This document shows positions 24,762-36,540 of a DNA stretch of 46,343 nt, one piece after another (the stretch's first letter is position 1; each line of letters opens with the position of its first letter). Made by a program: the position numbers and the translations under genes. Source of the DNA: Octopus bimaculoides (lineage: Eukaryota). A model generated the notes under the pieces. That model was not told the DNA's origin. It made no database searches and was given only the letters and a program-made list of their open reading frames with translations. Location: positions 2,261,572-2,307,914 of the forward strand of contig NC_068983.1 in NCBI RefSeq assembly GCF_001194135.2, given 5' to 3'.

Positions 24762-25140
24762 TACCTCCTTCTTAGCGAAGGCGGAGGTATTGTTTATAGT
24801 CGTGTTTGTTTGTTTGTCAGTGGACAAAATATCTCAAGAACCGCTGGATGGATTCGGATGAAACTTTCAGAGATGTTTGGCTTCGTGCCTGGCACACACT
24901 GATTAGATCTGGAGATCCATCCGGTACCGGTCAAGGACCCTGGATTATTTTTCCTGTTTCTTTTTTTTTTTTTACTTACTTTTTGAGAATAGTCGTTTCC
25001 ATTTCTAATATTCTCGTTTGTGAGAGCAGCCGAGTTTATTTCAAATATTCTCATTTTAAAAATCATCCATGGCTAATCATTGAGAGGACGTTGATGTTGC
25101 TTTGGCGAAGGTTTGCGCCCTTTGAGTGCTCTTGTTGTTG
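24762..25140 (+). mobile_element. Non-autonomous Helentron/Helitron2-associated element (HINE/DINE-1-like)
   Basis: 5' TTATTACCTCC...GCGAAGGCGGAGGT hairpin, (GTTT)n stretch, 3' subterminal TTGGCGAAGGT inverted to the 5' motif, then short hairpin GCGCCCTTTGAGTGC. Confidence 0.6.
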
Positions 25141-25152
25141 TTAATATCATTA

Positions 25153-26345
25153 AGGAGGTTAGCTGGCAGAACCGTCAGCATGCCGGACGAAATACTTAGC
25201 GGTATTTCGTCTGCCTTTAGGTTCTGAGTTCGAATTCCGCTGAGGTCGATTTGCCTTTCATATTTTCAGGGTCGATAAATTAAGTACCAGTCATGCATCG
25301 AGGTCGATGTAATCGACTTACTTCTTCCCCTTAAATTTCAAGCCTTATTCCTATAGTAGAAATGATTATCATCATGTCAAGTTACGAGCTGGCAGAATCG
25401 TTAGCACGCCGGACTAAATGCTTGGCGACATTGTGTCCCTCTTTGCATTCTGAGTTCAAATTCCACCGAGGTTGAATTTGCCTTTCATCCTTTTGTGGTC
25501 GATAAATTAAATATCAGTCGAGCACTGGAGTCGATGTAATTGACTAGTCCCCTCCCGCCAAATTTCAGCCCTTCTGCCTATTGTAGAAAGGATTATTATT
25601 ATTAAGTGAGGAAGTAGCGCATGCCATCAAAATTACACTGGGGCACCATATATGCGTTACATGATGATCTCATATCAAGACAAACAGAGCATGACCTTGC
25701 AGGTGGGACTCAGAGTAGCACATCCCACTCAAAAGATAACTGAATAAGGGCTCTTTAAGGATGATGAACGAAATACACATATTTCCTTTAGTGAATTATT
25801 CAAAACACAAGGAATCTCTCTCGACACATATCTATGATGCTACCCCACTACGCCTGCTTGGGATCAGAGATGCACAGATCGTCAAAAACTAAGGGATACT
25901 ATTTTCATTTGAGCGATAAGCTGGCAGAATCGTCAGCATGTGGCATTTCATGCGTTATTAAGTTCTGAGTTTGAATGCCACCGCGGTTCACTTTGCTTTT
26001 CATCCCTTCGGGATAGATAAAATAAATGCCAGTTGAGTACTGGGGTCGATGCAATGAACTTAACCCCAGTACCTAAATTGCTGGATTTGTGCCAAAATTT
26101 GAAACCATTATTATCATCAAATAAATAATATTACTTTTATTAACACTGGAATCTGGCAGGACCGTTACCGCACCGGAAAATACACTTAGCACATTTCGTC
26201 CGTTTTTACGTACCGAGTGTAAAATTTGCTGAAGTTGACTTTGCCTTTAAACCTTTCGGAGTCGATAAAAAAGGGACCAGTTGAGCACAGGTTGATATTG
26301 TCAACTAAGACTCTTCCTTTAAGATTCGAAGCCATGCACATATGA
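25153..26345 (+). mobile_element. Four tandem copies of tRNA-derived SINE family 2 (~25153-25375, 25377-25603, 25908-26120, 26145-26345)
   Basis: Each starts (A)GCTGGCAG(AA)(T/C)CGT..; the first three carry GAGTT(C/T)(G/A)AAT and end in ATT/ATC triplets; the fourth is more degenerate. Confidence 0.85.
25604..25898 (-). mobile_element. Second, internally deleted copy of repeat family 5
   Basis: Aligns to 7972-8385. Confidence 0.75.
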
Positions 26346-26399
26346 GACAAAAAAATATTGTTGTTCTTATTCTGTTCTTTTGATTTATTTTATTCTTTT

Positions 26400-26765
26400 A
26401 CTAATTTCAGTCAATAAAATACGGCCATGCTGGAACAAAGCTTTGAACAATTATAGTCGAGCAAATTGACGCCAGGACTTATTTTCTTAGGCCTGGTACT
26501 TATTCTATCGGTGTCTTTTGTCGAATCGCTATGTTACAGGAACCTATAACACTGACACCAGCTGACAACTGGTGGTGGTTGACAAACACACATACAATAT
26601 ATATACACGACGATCTTCTTTCAGTTTCCGTCTACCAAATCCACTGACAATGCTTTAGTCGGCCTGAGGTTATCGCAGATGAAACTTGCCCAAGGTGCCA
26701 CACAATGGGACTGAACCCGGAAACATGTGGTTGAGAAGCAAAACTTCTAAGCACAGAGCTACGCC
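26400..26765 (-). mobile_element. SINE family 1 copy
   Basis: Aligns to 19980-20350. Confidence 0.85.
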
Positions 26766-26934
26766 TGATGCTATCTCTTCCATTTGGACCTAATTTTAGT
26801 AGGGCTGAGAAATCTACACAGATATTTGAAGCACATTTTATAAAGAGTCAACGCTATTGTCTTCGGAACGTGTCTCTTTATGAAGAGCGATAATGTCGGG
26901 AGGTAATGAATCACGTAAAGACAGATAGAAGAGA

Positions 26935-27272
26935 GAATAGTAGTGTTGAATATACCGGCACTCCGTCGGTTACGACGACCAGGATTCCATTTGATCCGAT
27001 CAACGGAATAGCTAGTTCGTGAAATTACTGTGCAAGCGGCTGAGCACTCCACAGACACGTGTAACCTTAAGGTTGTCCTCAGGGAGATTCAGCGTGATAC
27101 AGAGTGCGACCTAGGCTGCCCCTTCTAAATATAAGTACCACTCATTTTTGCTAGATGAGTGGTCAGGGGTAACCTGAAATAAAGTGTCTTGCTCAAGGGT
27201 GCAACACGTCGCCGGGAATTGAACTGACGATCGTGACCCGAATACCATAACCCGAAAACCACGCGCCTTCAG
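26935..27272 (-). mobile_element. SINE family 3 copy
   Basis: Reverse complement of 19405-19730. Confidence 0.8.
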
Positions 27273-27314
27273 TGTTGAATATAAATAAACTGCTATTGAA
27301 TAAATAATTATTTA

Positions 27315-27845
27315 AAATTTTTGCATCAACGGACAGCTTGCGGGAGGAGGTATGAGTCGATTAGATCGACCCCAGTGCGCAACTGGTACTTATTTTATTT
27401 ACCCCAAAAAGGTGACAGGCAAAATCGACCTCCGCGGAATTTGAACTCAGAACGTAGTGACGGGCGAAATACTGCTCAGCATTTCGTCTAGCGTGCTAAC
27501 GACTCTGCCAGCTCGCTGTCCTGGTATTGAAAGAATAATAAACACCGAGAGAGATAATACAAGAATGAATGACGACGGTTCATATCAAGAGGTTCAATTA
27601 TAGCTGCCTACCAGTTTGGACACGGTTTCAAATTTTGGCATAAAACCAGACATTTTGAAGGGAAGGGGAAGTTAATTACATCAACCCCAGTACGCAACTG
27701 GTACTCAATTTATCTACCCCGAAAGGACCAGAGGCAAAGTCGACCTCGGTGGAATTTGAAATCAGAACGTATGGATAGATGAAATACTGCTAAAACTTTT
27801 TTTTTTGCCCGGCATGCTAACCATTCTGACAGTTCGCTGCCTTAG
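27315..27845 (-). mobile_element. Two tandem SINE family 2 copies (~27315-27522, 27605-27845)
   Basis: GGAATTTGAA(C/A)TCAGAAC...GCTAAC..TCTG(C/A)CAG motifs, reverse complement of 25153-25603. Confidence 0.85.
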
Positions 27846-27874
27846 TCTGAGAAAAATATTGAGACACACTAAAC

Positions 27875-29707
27875 CAATGGTTCCCAACCTGGTGTCCGTG
27901 GACCCCTGGCGGTCCACAAAGGTAGTACTGGTGGTCCGTGAACTTACTTCAAAATTCCACTTAGTTCATAATTCAACCTAAGTTGTTCTCGATTATACAT
28001 CGGTTTTCAAAAATAATATATGGAAAAATAAAAAATAATTTAAGTCATTTTACTCGACTTTATTGGAGTCGTAAAATCACCACAAAACCATTAAAATCAC
28101 ATAAAATCATATTACTGCACAATAAATGAGAATAAAATCATATAAAATCATATTAAAATACATACAGTAAATGTTAAGCTACACACCACAAAATAGTGTA
28201 TCTTAGTGAAAGACATCATGAAATCAGCTGTGTTGTCTAATTCATCGGTTTTTCGGAGCTCATATTGCACTAGAGTTCCAATATCTATCGTTAGATGTCG
28301 TTGTCACTCGTGATTCCAGTGATTGTTTTGAATTCAGATTTGTTTACGTCTGTTTATCGGCTGCTTTCTCATTCTCATTCATTTGTGACTGTATTTTTTG
28401 TCCTCATGGCCCCTAAGAAAATTCATAGTGAAAGTGCAAAGCGTCATGCTATAACACTGGAAGACAAACTAGCTATGTTAAAATGCCATGAAAAGGGCGA
28501 AAAAGTGGTAGCATTTGCATGATCTTTTGGGATGAGTCGGACAACTGTATCGACGATTGTATATAATAAGGAGAGAATTTTAGCACATATCAAATCTGAA
28601 ACCCCAGGGATGAAGAACACTGTCATCAATAAGAAAAGAGGCAAAATGCTTGAAGATATGGAAAGTCTTCTTTCCCTTTGGATTGTTAAGTTGGAGGAGG
28701 AGAATTCCACAGATTTACTTGAAAAAGACAAGCAGCCCCTGACGAACGAGGATTTTATAGAGCTTCACGAGCAGCAAAATAAAGAAGAGGGAGTCGAACC
28801 TGAGCCGCGTCACTTTACCATTAAGAAAAGGCAGCAAGCATTCGCACATTCCGGAAAAGATCTTCCAATGTTCGAGGATATGGATCGAAGTTCTTAACGC
28901 TTTTCTAAGGTTATGGGGGATTATCACGAAGCTTTAGCTCCTTATAACATAATCCTTGAGGAGAAGAAGAAGACAGTTCAATGAACTCTCAACTGGATTT
29001 TTTTAAGTGCATCGAACAACAAGAACAGCCAGAGTCAGTTATTGATATTGACAATCCACAGCCATCTACTTCCGCGATGTAAACAACCAAATTGTATATA
29101 CATATTGGTAAAATTAAAATAATTTAGTTTTTTTTTACTATTATGAAATAATAATAATTACTGAATTTGTTTCTTAAGCTTAAAAAAGGCTCTTATTTTA
29201 CCATGTCTTATTTCAAACCGCATTCATAAATAAAGCGTCCGCGATGTACGGTAAACACCACCAAATTGTATTCATAAATTTAGACTATTATTTTTTTACT
29301 GTACTGTATTATAAAATAAAAATTATTTGTTTGTAAGCTTAAAACAGATTTTTATTAATCATATATCATTGAAAATGCATTCATAAATAAAGTACAGAAT
29401 TGGGAACGGTTATCATCGGTTCAGCTGAGAGGCAAATTAATTCTACTTCAGTCGTTTTTCGACATAAGTCGTGTCTCCTGGAACCAATTAAGGACGTAGG
29501 GTGAGATATGCCTATATATANNNNNNNNNNNNNNNNNNNNNNNNNNNNNNNNNNNNNNNNNNNNNNNNNNNNNNNNNNNNNNNNNNNACACACGCACACA
29601 CATATATAAGGATAAGCATATTAAAAGAACTCCGTGGGAAAACTCATTTAAATAAAAGGGTTGGGAACCAATGTTGGGAACCACTGTGAAAAGGTTGGGA
29701 ACCATTG
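27875..29707. mobile_element. Segment bounded by hAT-type TIRs (non-autonomous)
   Basis: Perfect 16-bp TIR CAATGGTTCCCAACCT (27875-27890) / AGGTTGGGAACCATTG (29692-29707). The 8-bp flanks CACTAAAC and TTGTAAAC share only the last 5 bases. Confidence 0.7.
28406..29080 (+). pseudogene. Tigger/pogo-type transposase deletion derivative (N-terminal HTH joined to C-terminus, DDE core missing)
   Basis: MAPKK...AITLEDKLAMLKCHEKGEKVVAFA*SFGMSRTTVSTIVYNKERI...KKRGKMLEDMESLLSLWI (Psq/CENP-B HTH) fused to LTNEDFIEL...FEDMD...PQPSTSAM*. Confidence 0.85.
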
Positions 29708-30054
29708 TTGTAAACAGACTTAGGAAATTGTTACCCTCCACCCTCTTTCTTTCAAATGTTCCATGGTTTACATTTACATGTTTTTCGTGTGCTATAAATA
29801 TATTCCCTTTAGATTTCCGCTTGACTTGTTACGACACCGACACACCCATTTCTCACAGACGCTCTCATTCACTTTGCTTTGCACAGTCAACTTTCTACTT
29901 CTCTAATATCTAACATAGCAACACATCTCATCTCGTTTCAATTTTTTAACGAATATTAAACAACATAGCATTAATAAATTATATATCACAGGTGGAAGGT
30001 AGCTAGCATCATGTCCCTATGAAATAAAGCTTTGTCTTTCATCTATAGCATTTT

Positions 30055-30462
30055 CCTTGTTTCAGCAGCCATTTGACTGCGGCCATGCTGGGGTACCATC
30101 CTGAAGAAGTTTTAGTCGAATCAATCTTGTTTTTAGGTCTTGCACTTATGCTATCAATCTCTTTGCTATCAATCTTTTGGCATACCATTAAGTTACGGCG
30201 ACGTAAACACATCGACACCGGTTGTCAAGCGGTGACGGGGGACAACATACATACACACGCACACACATACACACGCACACACATACACATGCACACACAT
30301 ACACATGCACGACGGGCCTGTTTCAGTTTCTATCTACCAAATCTACTAAAAGGGATTTGGGCTGCCCCAGGCTATAATATAAGGTAGTTACCTAAGGTAT
30401 ATCTTAGTGGGAATGAACCCGGAACCATGTAGTTGGAAGAAAGCTTCTTACCAGACAGCCAA
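30055..30462 (-). mobile_element. SINE family 1 copy
   Basis: Aligns to 19980-20350. Confidence 0.85.
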
Positions 30463-31790
30463 ACTAGAGTAAAATGTAGATCAACGTATCTCAGAAATGC
30501 GATGTTGTTATTGCAATGCTGGTGATTGCAGAACCTTCCTCTTCCATAGATTGAATCAATCAAAATCTTGGTTATTGACAAATTCTAATTCATTAATGTT
30601 TATTCTATGCGCAATCAGTAAGTTCCAAAGCCACGTTAATGTGAAAGACCTACGATCATATCATAGAAATCTAATGTAATTCTTTATATTCTTGTCAAAA
30701 AGAAAGAGAAAGAGATTTATATTTCCTAATACGACGAGTTCTGAGAGGGAATTGTTCTTTCCAATGTTTATTGTGTTGATATTCCGTAGCTAGAATTCAT
30801 TTTGAAATTAGAAGGATTTCTTCTTAAATTCAGACAATGGATGAAATGATTTTATATTTCAATGTGTTATTGAAGTCTGGGGATAATAGTTAATTTTAAA
30901 TTAACTTTTGTTCTATTTTCAAAATAACACTTAAATATAAAACTTTGACATTATTATAAACTTAATTTCGTCATTATCTTACAATTGCACAAGTTTATTT
31001 ATTTACAGGACAGGAGAATCTTGGAGAAATGCTATGTAAATAAGAACGGCCTAATTGACACTAGAATCAATGACTTGGCATAAGGGTTTTCATAAATATT
31101 GTCTTTAACTTCTTCAAGTTAAAACGGAATACAGCTTATATGTTTGTATTAATAGCAGTGACGGTGAGGAACTATGTTTAATTCTGCCAATCGACCGCTT
31201 TGGTAAACTTCTGCCATGCTATACATATAGATATGGCGAGTGTGAATATTTTCTATACACCGATATATTTCACAGACAGAAGAAACAATATTTCTAGTGT
31301 GAAAATGCAGTAGTAATATTCTGAGGGTTTACTTCGAACGTTGGTATTCGGCCTTAAGAGTAGGAGATAGGTTAGAAATTTCAACGTTTGTCACGTTTAA
31401 AGTCTTCGGGACTTCGTTAACGAAATGTAAGATACGACGCTCCTTCGATGAATTCCACTAGAGACCTCGTCAATCATTGATGTTTATTCTGTGAAAAGTA
31501 AGAACATCTTTTGATTTTATGTTTCTATAGATATCAATACAAACACGGTAATACATATCCAAACAGAACGAAATTCTTCGAGGGATGTGAATAAAATATA
31601 TCGGTATGTAGGTATGTAAGTCTTGCTGCATGTGCGTTAGTTTGTATGTAGGCATATGTTCTGTTATATACGATATACGTATATATATATATACAAGAAT
31701 AAGGGCAGGGAATCGTCAATTAATAATAGAATTAATAATTAACAATTTTGCCAAGTAGTTCAGTATGAAAAAACCTTTATCGGTAAAACC

Positions 31791-32622
31791 ATTTATCATC
31801 ACAAATATACAGGGATTAGCATTCAGTTGCTTCTCCAACATACTGAAAATTTAGAAATAGCAGTCAAAGAACTACTGATTCTAAACTACAAATTTTTCTC
31901 TAAATGGATGGCGATATTTGTGGCACACATAGAACAAAAAACCGGAGGGGAAAGCATAAACAAAACAAGTCTTTAGTTAATCGGATACGATCGTTTCATG
32001 GTTAAGGGAATGAAAATTTCCCTATTATCAAGACGAATACAGGCTTATTAATTTGACACTCGAGAAAATGAACAAGTCTTTTACGTTTCGAGCCGACGTT
32101 CTTCAGTTATATATTTCCACACCGGTTCTGTGATAGGTAAGAGTGCCGTTCTATTCATATTAATATTTTTGACAACTTCCTCAGCTTTCTGAATTTGAAA
32201 GTTATCGCATTCTATTGATTGTGTTTTTTCTAAACAATTGTTGCTGTTTTATTTCATTTCCTTATGTTGACATTGTTATGAACGTATAAAAGTCCTGTAC
32301 TGCAACCACATTTGATATCCATCTGTAAGTAGATCTTTTACAATCAGGTAACTGATATTTATCATCACTTGATAATATTGGACTGATGATTTGGAATAGG
32401 GAAATTTTCATTCCCTTAACCATGAAACGATCGTATCCGATTAACTAAAGACTTGTTTTGTCTATGCTTTCCCCTCCGGTTTTGTTCTATGTGTGCCACA
32501 AATATCGCCATCCATTTAGAGAAAAATTTGTAGTTTAGAATCAGTAGTTCTTTGACTGCTATTTCTAAATTTTCAGTATGTTGGAGAAGCAACTCAATGC
32601 TAATCCCTGTATATATTTATGA

Positions 32623-32625
<3 letters not shown>
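31791..32625. repeat. Long inverted repeat: arms 31791-32026 and 32395-32625 around a 368-bp spacer
   Basis: Arms are reverse complements; I saw only a few substitutions and one 2-bp indel near the outer end. Confidence 0.93.
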
Positions 32626-32659
<34 letters not shown>

Positions 32660-32818
32660 NNNNNNNNNNNNNNNNNNNNNNNNNNNNNNNNNNNNNNNNN
32701 NNNNNNNNNNNNNNNNNNNNNNNNNNNNNNNNNNNNNNNNNNNNNNNNNNNNNNNNNNNNNNNNNNNNNNNNNNNNNNNNNNNNNNNNNNNNNNNNNNNN
32801 NNNNNNNNNNNNNNNNNN

Positions 32819-32902
<84 letters not shown>

Positions 32903-33518
32903 AATCAATAGATTCATAAGTGATAAAGTAGCGCAAGCTCATTGGAAATCGAACAACATCTAACAATAATGAAGGTGAGTGAACTTGTAGATGGCGCTGT
33001 GAATAGTCATCTGTATGTTTCGCTTTACCTCTTTGCCATAGATTTATTACAAAGTAATACAAATATGCATATACATGTGTATACACATAATATATACAAA
33101 ACACACAGAGACACAAATACATGCACACATATACATGTATGCATATACATATATAGTTGAAATTTATAGAAAAACAAAAGACGAATACAGGCTTATTAAT
33201 TTGACGCTCGAGAAAATGAGCAAGTCTTTTACGTTTCGAGCCGACGTTCTTCAGTTATATATTTCCACATCGGTTCTGTGATAGGTAAGAGTGCCGTTCT
33301 ATTCATATTAATATTTTTGACAACTTCCTCAGCTTTCTGAATTTGGAAGTTATTGCATTCTATTGATTGTGTTTTTTCTAAACAATTGTTGCTGTTTTAT
33401 TTCATTTCCTTATGTTGACATTGTTATGAACGTATAAAAGTCCTGTACTGCAACCATTTGATATCCATCTGTAAGCAGATCTTTTACAATCAGGTAACTG
33501 ATATTTATCATCACTTGA
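32030..33518 (+). repeat. Direct duplication: 32030-32372 and 33178-33518 (~340 bp)
   Basis: Near-identical by eye, with a handful of substitutions and one 2-bp indel. Confidence 0.95.
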
Positions 33519-35279
33519 CTATTAGCTTGCATTCAGTTCGGGTGGATCATGTTTATCACATGCTATACAATTTTCAGGTCCCTAGAAAATGCACAATCTT
33601 CTATATTGAAAAATGTCTGTGTGCACGTCTATAGTCACTTTAGTCCTCCAGATCTTACATTCTCTATGCTTTAATCCCTCATATTATGCACAGTCTGTAT
33701 GATTCTTATCGACATTGATAGCCTATCTCCAGTTCATGTTGAAATATGTCAATTCACGTGGGAAATTCTCGCCACGCCCATCCGTTGCAAACCGAAAGTA
33801 ACTGGAGGGTAGTACCTACCCCTTCCCCCTTGGCTTACTCTCTAAACGAAATTTCAAGAAGTTGCCCGAAGAAATATTTTTAATTCTGTCTCCATTCTTC
33901 TGGTTCTCCTACAGAATCCTTCCATCATCGCCATCAAACAGATGTCGACTGCCTGACCATGTCATACAAACGAAGGTGCTGGATCGATCCTCACGGTTAA
34001 TTGTAATAACACTTGACAGTGATTCGTTTTCCAATATTCCATTTCAAAGAAAAACATTGTTGTTTATTTTCATTCTTCATTTTTTTTTCTATTGCAGCTA
34101 ATTCCACTAGTTTAATCTTAGTTCTATAGTCTTTAGAAATGATACTCTTTGATGTATATATCCACGTATTTTCTACCAGTAAAATTAATAGAGATATTGC
34201 ATTAATTTAAACATGTGTTAATTACAGGATATAAGCTGCATGATGTCGACCAAGATCAAAGTTGTTGTCGCTGCGGTTTTAATTAATTATATTTCTCTAA
34301 TCTTACTTTTCAAAATACTTACTATCCATATTTTCTTTTTAATTTCTCTCCCTTAAAAAGTTTAACTTAATGAACTTTATAATTAATGAAGAGATAATTG
34401 TAAGTTATTCTGAGACGGATCACAATTATAAACTGTTGTTAAACGAAAATTAAGGTCGTGTTTCAATTTTTACTTTCGCCAAATAATATGGCTGCTGCTT
34501 TTGTTATTGTTGTTGTTAGTCTAAGTCGGCCCCAATATCCGACCATGGCCATCACATCTTTTTCAGACTATATCATTCAATGTGTCGCTGTTAGTAAGGA
34601 AGGGATGTACTTGAATTTCGATTTCCCTCTTTCTATCAAGTCATGTGAGCAAGTCGAGTCTTCCTTGGTTTGGTACTTTTCTAAAGTCTTCGAAACGTCC
34701 TTGGAACGAACCCCAGATGCTTAATTTTACCAATTCGTCATTTCTTGGAATCTCAAAGAATGTTGAGTCTTTGTTATTCATCGTCTTCTTTATATTCTTC
34801 CTTTTCGACTTTTGTTCGTACTTTGAGTTGGGGGTTTACGATTTCGCGCGCGCCCGCATATGCGTACTTGTGTGTGTGTGTGTGTGTGTGCGCGCGCGCG
34901 CGTGTGTGTGTGTGTGTGTGTGTGTATGAGTGTGTGAGTGTGTGTGATTGCGTGGGTGTATGTGTGTGTGCGTCCGCGCGTGCGTGTGAGTGTGTATATG
35001 TGTCTTTCCCTTGCTTAATGTACAGTGTAGTGTTTTAGTTATGTTGTGAGTATTTCGTAGATATTTCGGTTGCGAAGATGTGATCGTGTAAGAAAATTTC
35101 AAGAAGTTGTATATCCTACATGTTTAAATTTTACTGCAGGCAGTCGCTGGAAGTAAGCTTTTCTTGAGTAATTATAGTTTTCATTTTGCTTTTACAAAAA
35201 AAAATCTATATATTTTGTTTTGCTTGAGTACATTCTATCACGCAGAGAGATTTAAAATGATATTACAACGAATATTAAG

Positions 35280-36005
35280 CTTAATGATGATTTCAGAATT
35301 GGTACAAAGCCAGCAATTTCATGGGAGACGATAAGTCGATCGCATCGACCCCATTGCTAAAGTGGTACTTCTTTTATCAAAATCAAAGTGTTGGGAAGCA
35401 AAATCGACCCCGGCGGCATTAAGGCGTACAGACAGACGAAAAATCGCTGAGTATTTTGCCCGATGCGTTAAGGATTTTGCCAGCTAACTGTCTTAAAATC
35501 AAATACAATAACGAAGAAAATTCTTTCAAGTTTGGCTCAAGACCAGTAATTTTAAGATGAGGCGGGCAGGTCGTTTATTTGAAACCTAGGTACTTGACTG
35601 GTACTGTTTTATCGACCCTGAAACTCTGAAAGTTGGCCAAAGTGGCATTTGAACTCAAAGGAAAGAACAGGAAGAAATCCCGCTAAGCATTTCGTTCGAC
35701 ATGCTAACGATTCAGCCGACTTGCCACCTTCTTAAGGGTTTCAAATTTGGCTCAAGGCCAACATTTTTAGGGGAGGCTATTAGTTGTCGATTCCATCGAC
35801 TGATTCTTATTTTATCGACCCCGAATGGATGAAAGATAAAGTCGATCTCGGTAGATTTTGAACTCGGAACGCGAAGACGGACGAAATGCTGCTTCGCAAT
35901 ATCTGGCATTCTAGCGATTCTATCAGCTCGCCACCTTTAATGATAACTCTTCTTGTTTTGGCCCAAGCCCTAACATTTTGAGGGAGGGGACTGGCCGCTT
36001 ACGTC
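35280..36005 (-). mobile_element. Three tandem SINE family 2 copies plus a partial fourth
   Basis: Repeated ATCGACCC...GGTAC/TGACT...TTTGAACTC...GATTC..CCAGC/TCAGC motifs at ~35280-35475, 35510-35720 and 35725-35938. Confidence 0.8.
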
Positions 36006-36299
36006 ACTCGTTGTTTCTAGGTTTCGTACCAAGTCTTAACAGTTGTTCCACAGTAAACGGTTCTAAAAGTGCTTCAACTAGACCTTTATTTTGGCGCCAT
36101 TAATGCCATACTAGATGTTTCTGTGTCAACCACTAGACACAATGCCAGGCAGGTCTTGAAGCCTTCGGTGAGGCATTGATGCTCACTGAATAACACCGCC
36201 TCGCGTCAGCTCTGCTTCAAACCTCCGATTTTACTACGATACATAACTGTCGAAATGCCACGAATCTATATCATTTTCAATTTTCAATACTCTTTGCTG

Positions 36300-36540
36300 T
36301 TACTCTTGCGCTTCTCTGCTCTTTTTAACATCATTCCAAAACATATAAAGGAGGAAAAATATTTCATAACCTTCAAAAAGTTCCTGGATGAATATCTTCG
36401 ACAAATTCCAGATAAACCACCTCCGACTGGATATACTGCTGCAAACAACAACTCTTTAATCGAATGAGCAATGGTGCCTAAAAGTAACTCTACAAAAATA
36501 CATTACTAAATGTCTTTTCCAGGTGGTGCTATTAAATTAA
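36300..36540 (+). mobile_element. 3' end of a LINE (CR1/L2-group-like)
   Basis: LFNIIPKHIKEEKYFITFKKFLDEYLRQIPDKPPPTGYTAANNNSLIE*, a typical LINE ORF2 C-terminus, followed by a short 3' UTR. Confidence 0.75.

Noticed and set aside
33915-34101. CTACAG|AATCCT as the esterase next exon (G-N-P-S)
   Set aside because: The donor at 18787 is phase 2, while NPS needs phase 0 and stops after 13 codons; the phase-2 reading has no family similarity
34647-34787. 46-aa minus-strand ORF MNNKDSTFFEIPRNDELVKLSIWGSFQGRFEDFRKVPNQGRLDLLT
   Set aside because: No splice signals, signal peptide or recognisable homology; compatible with chance
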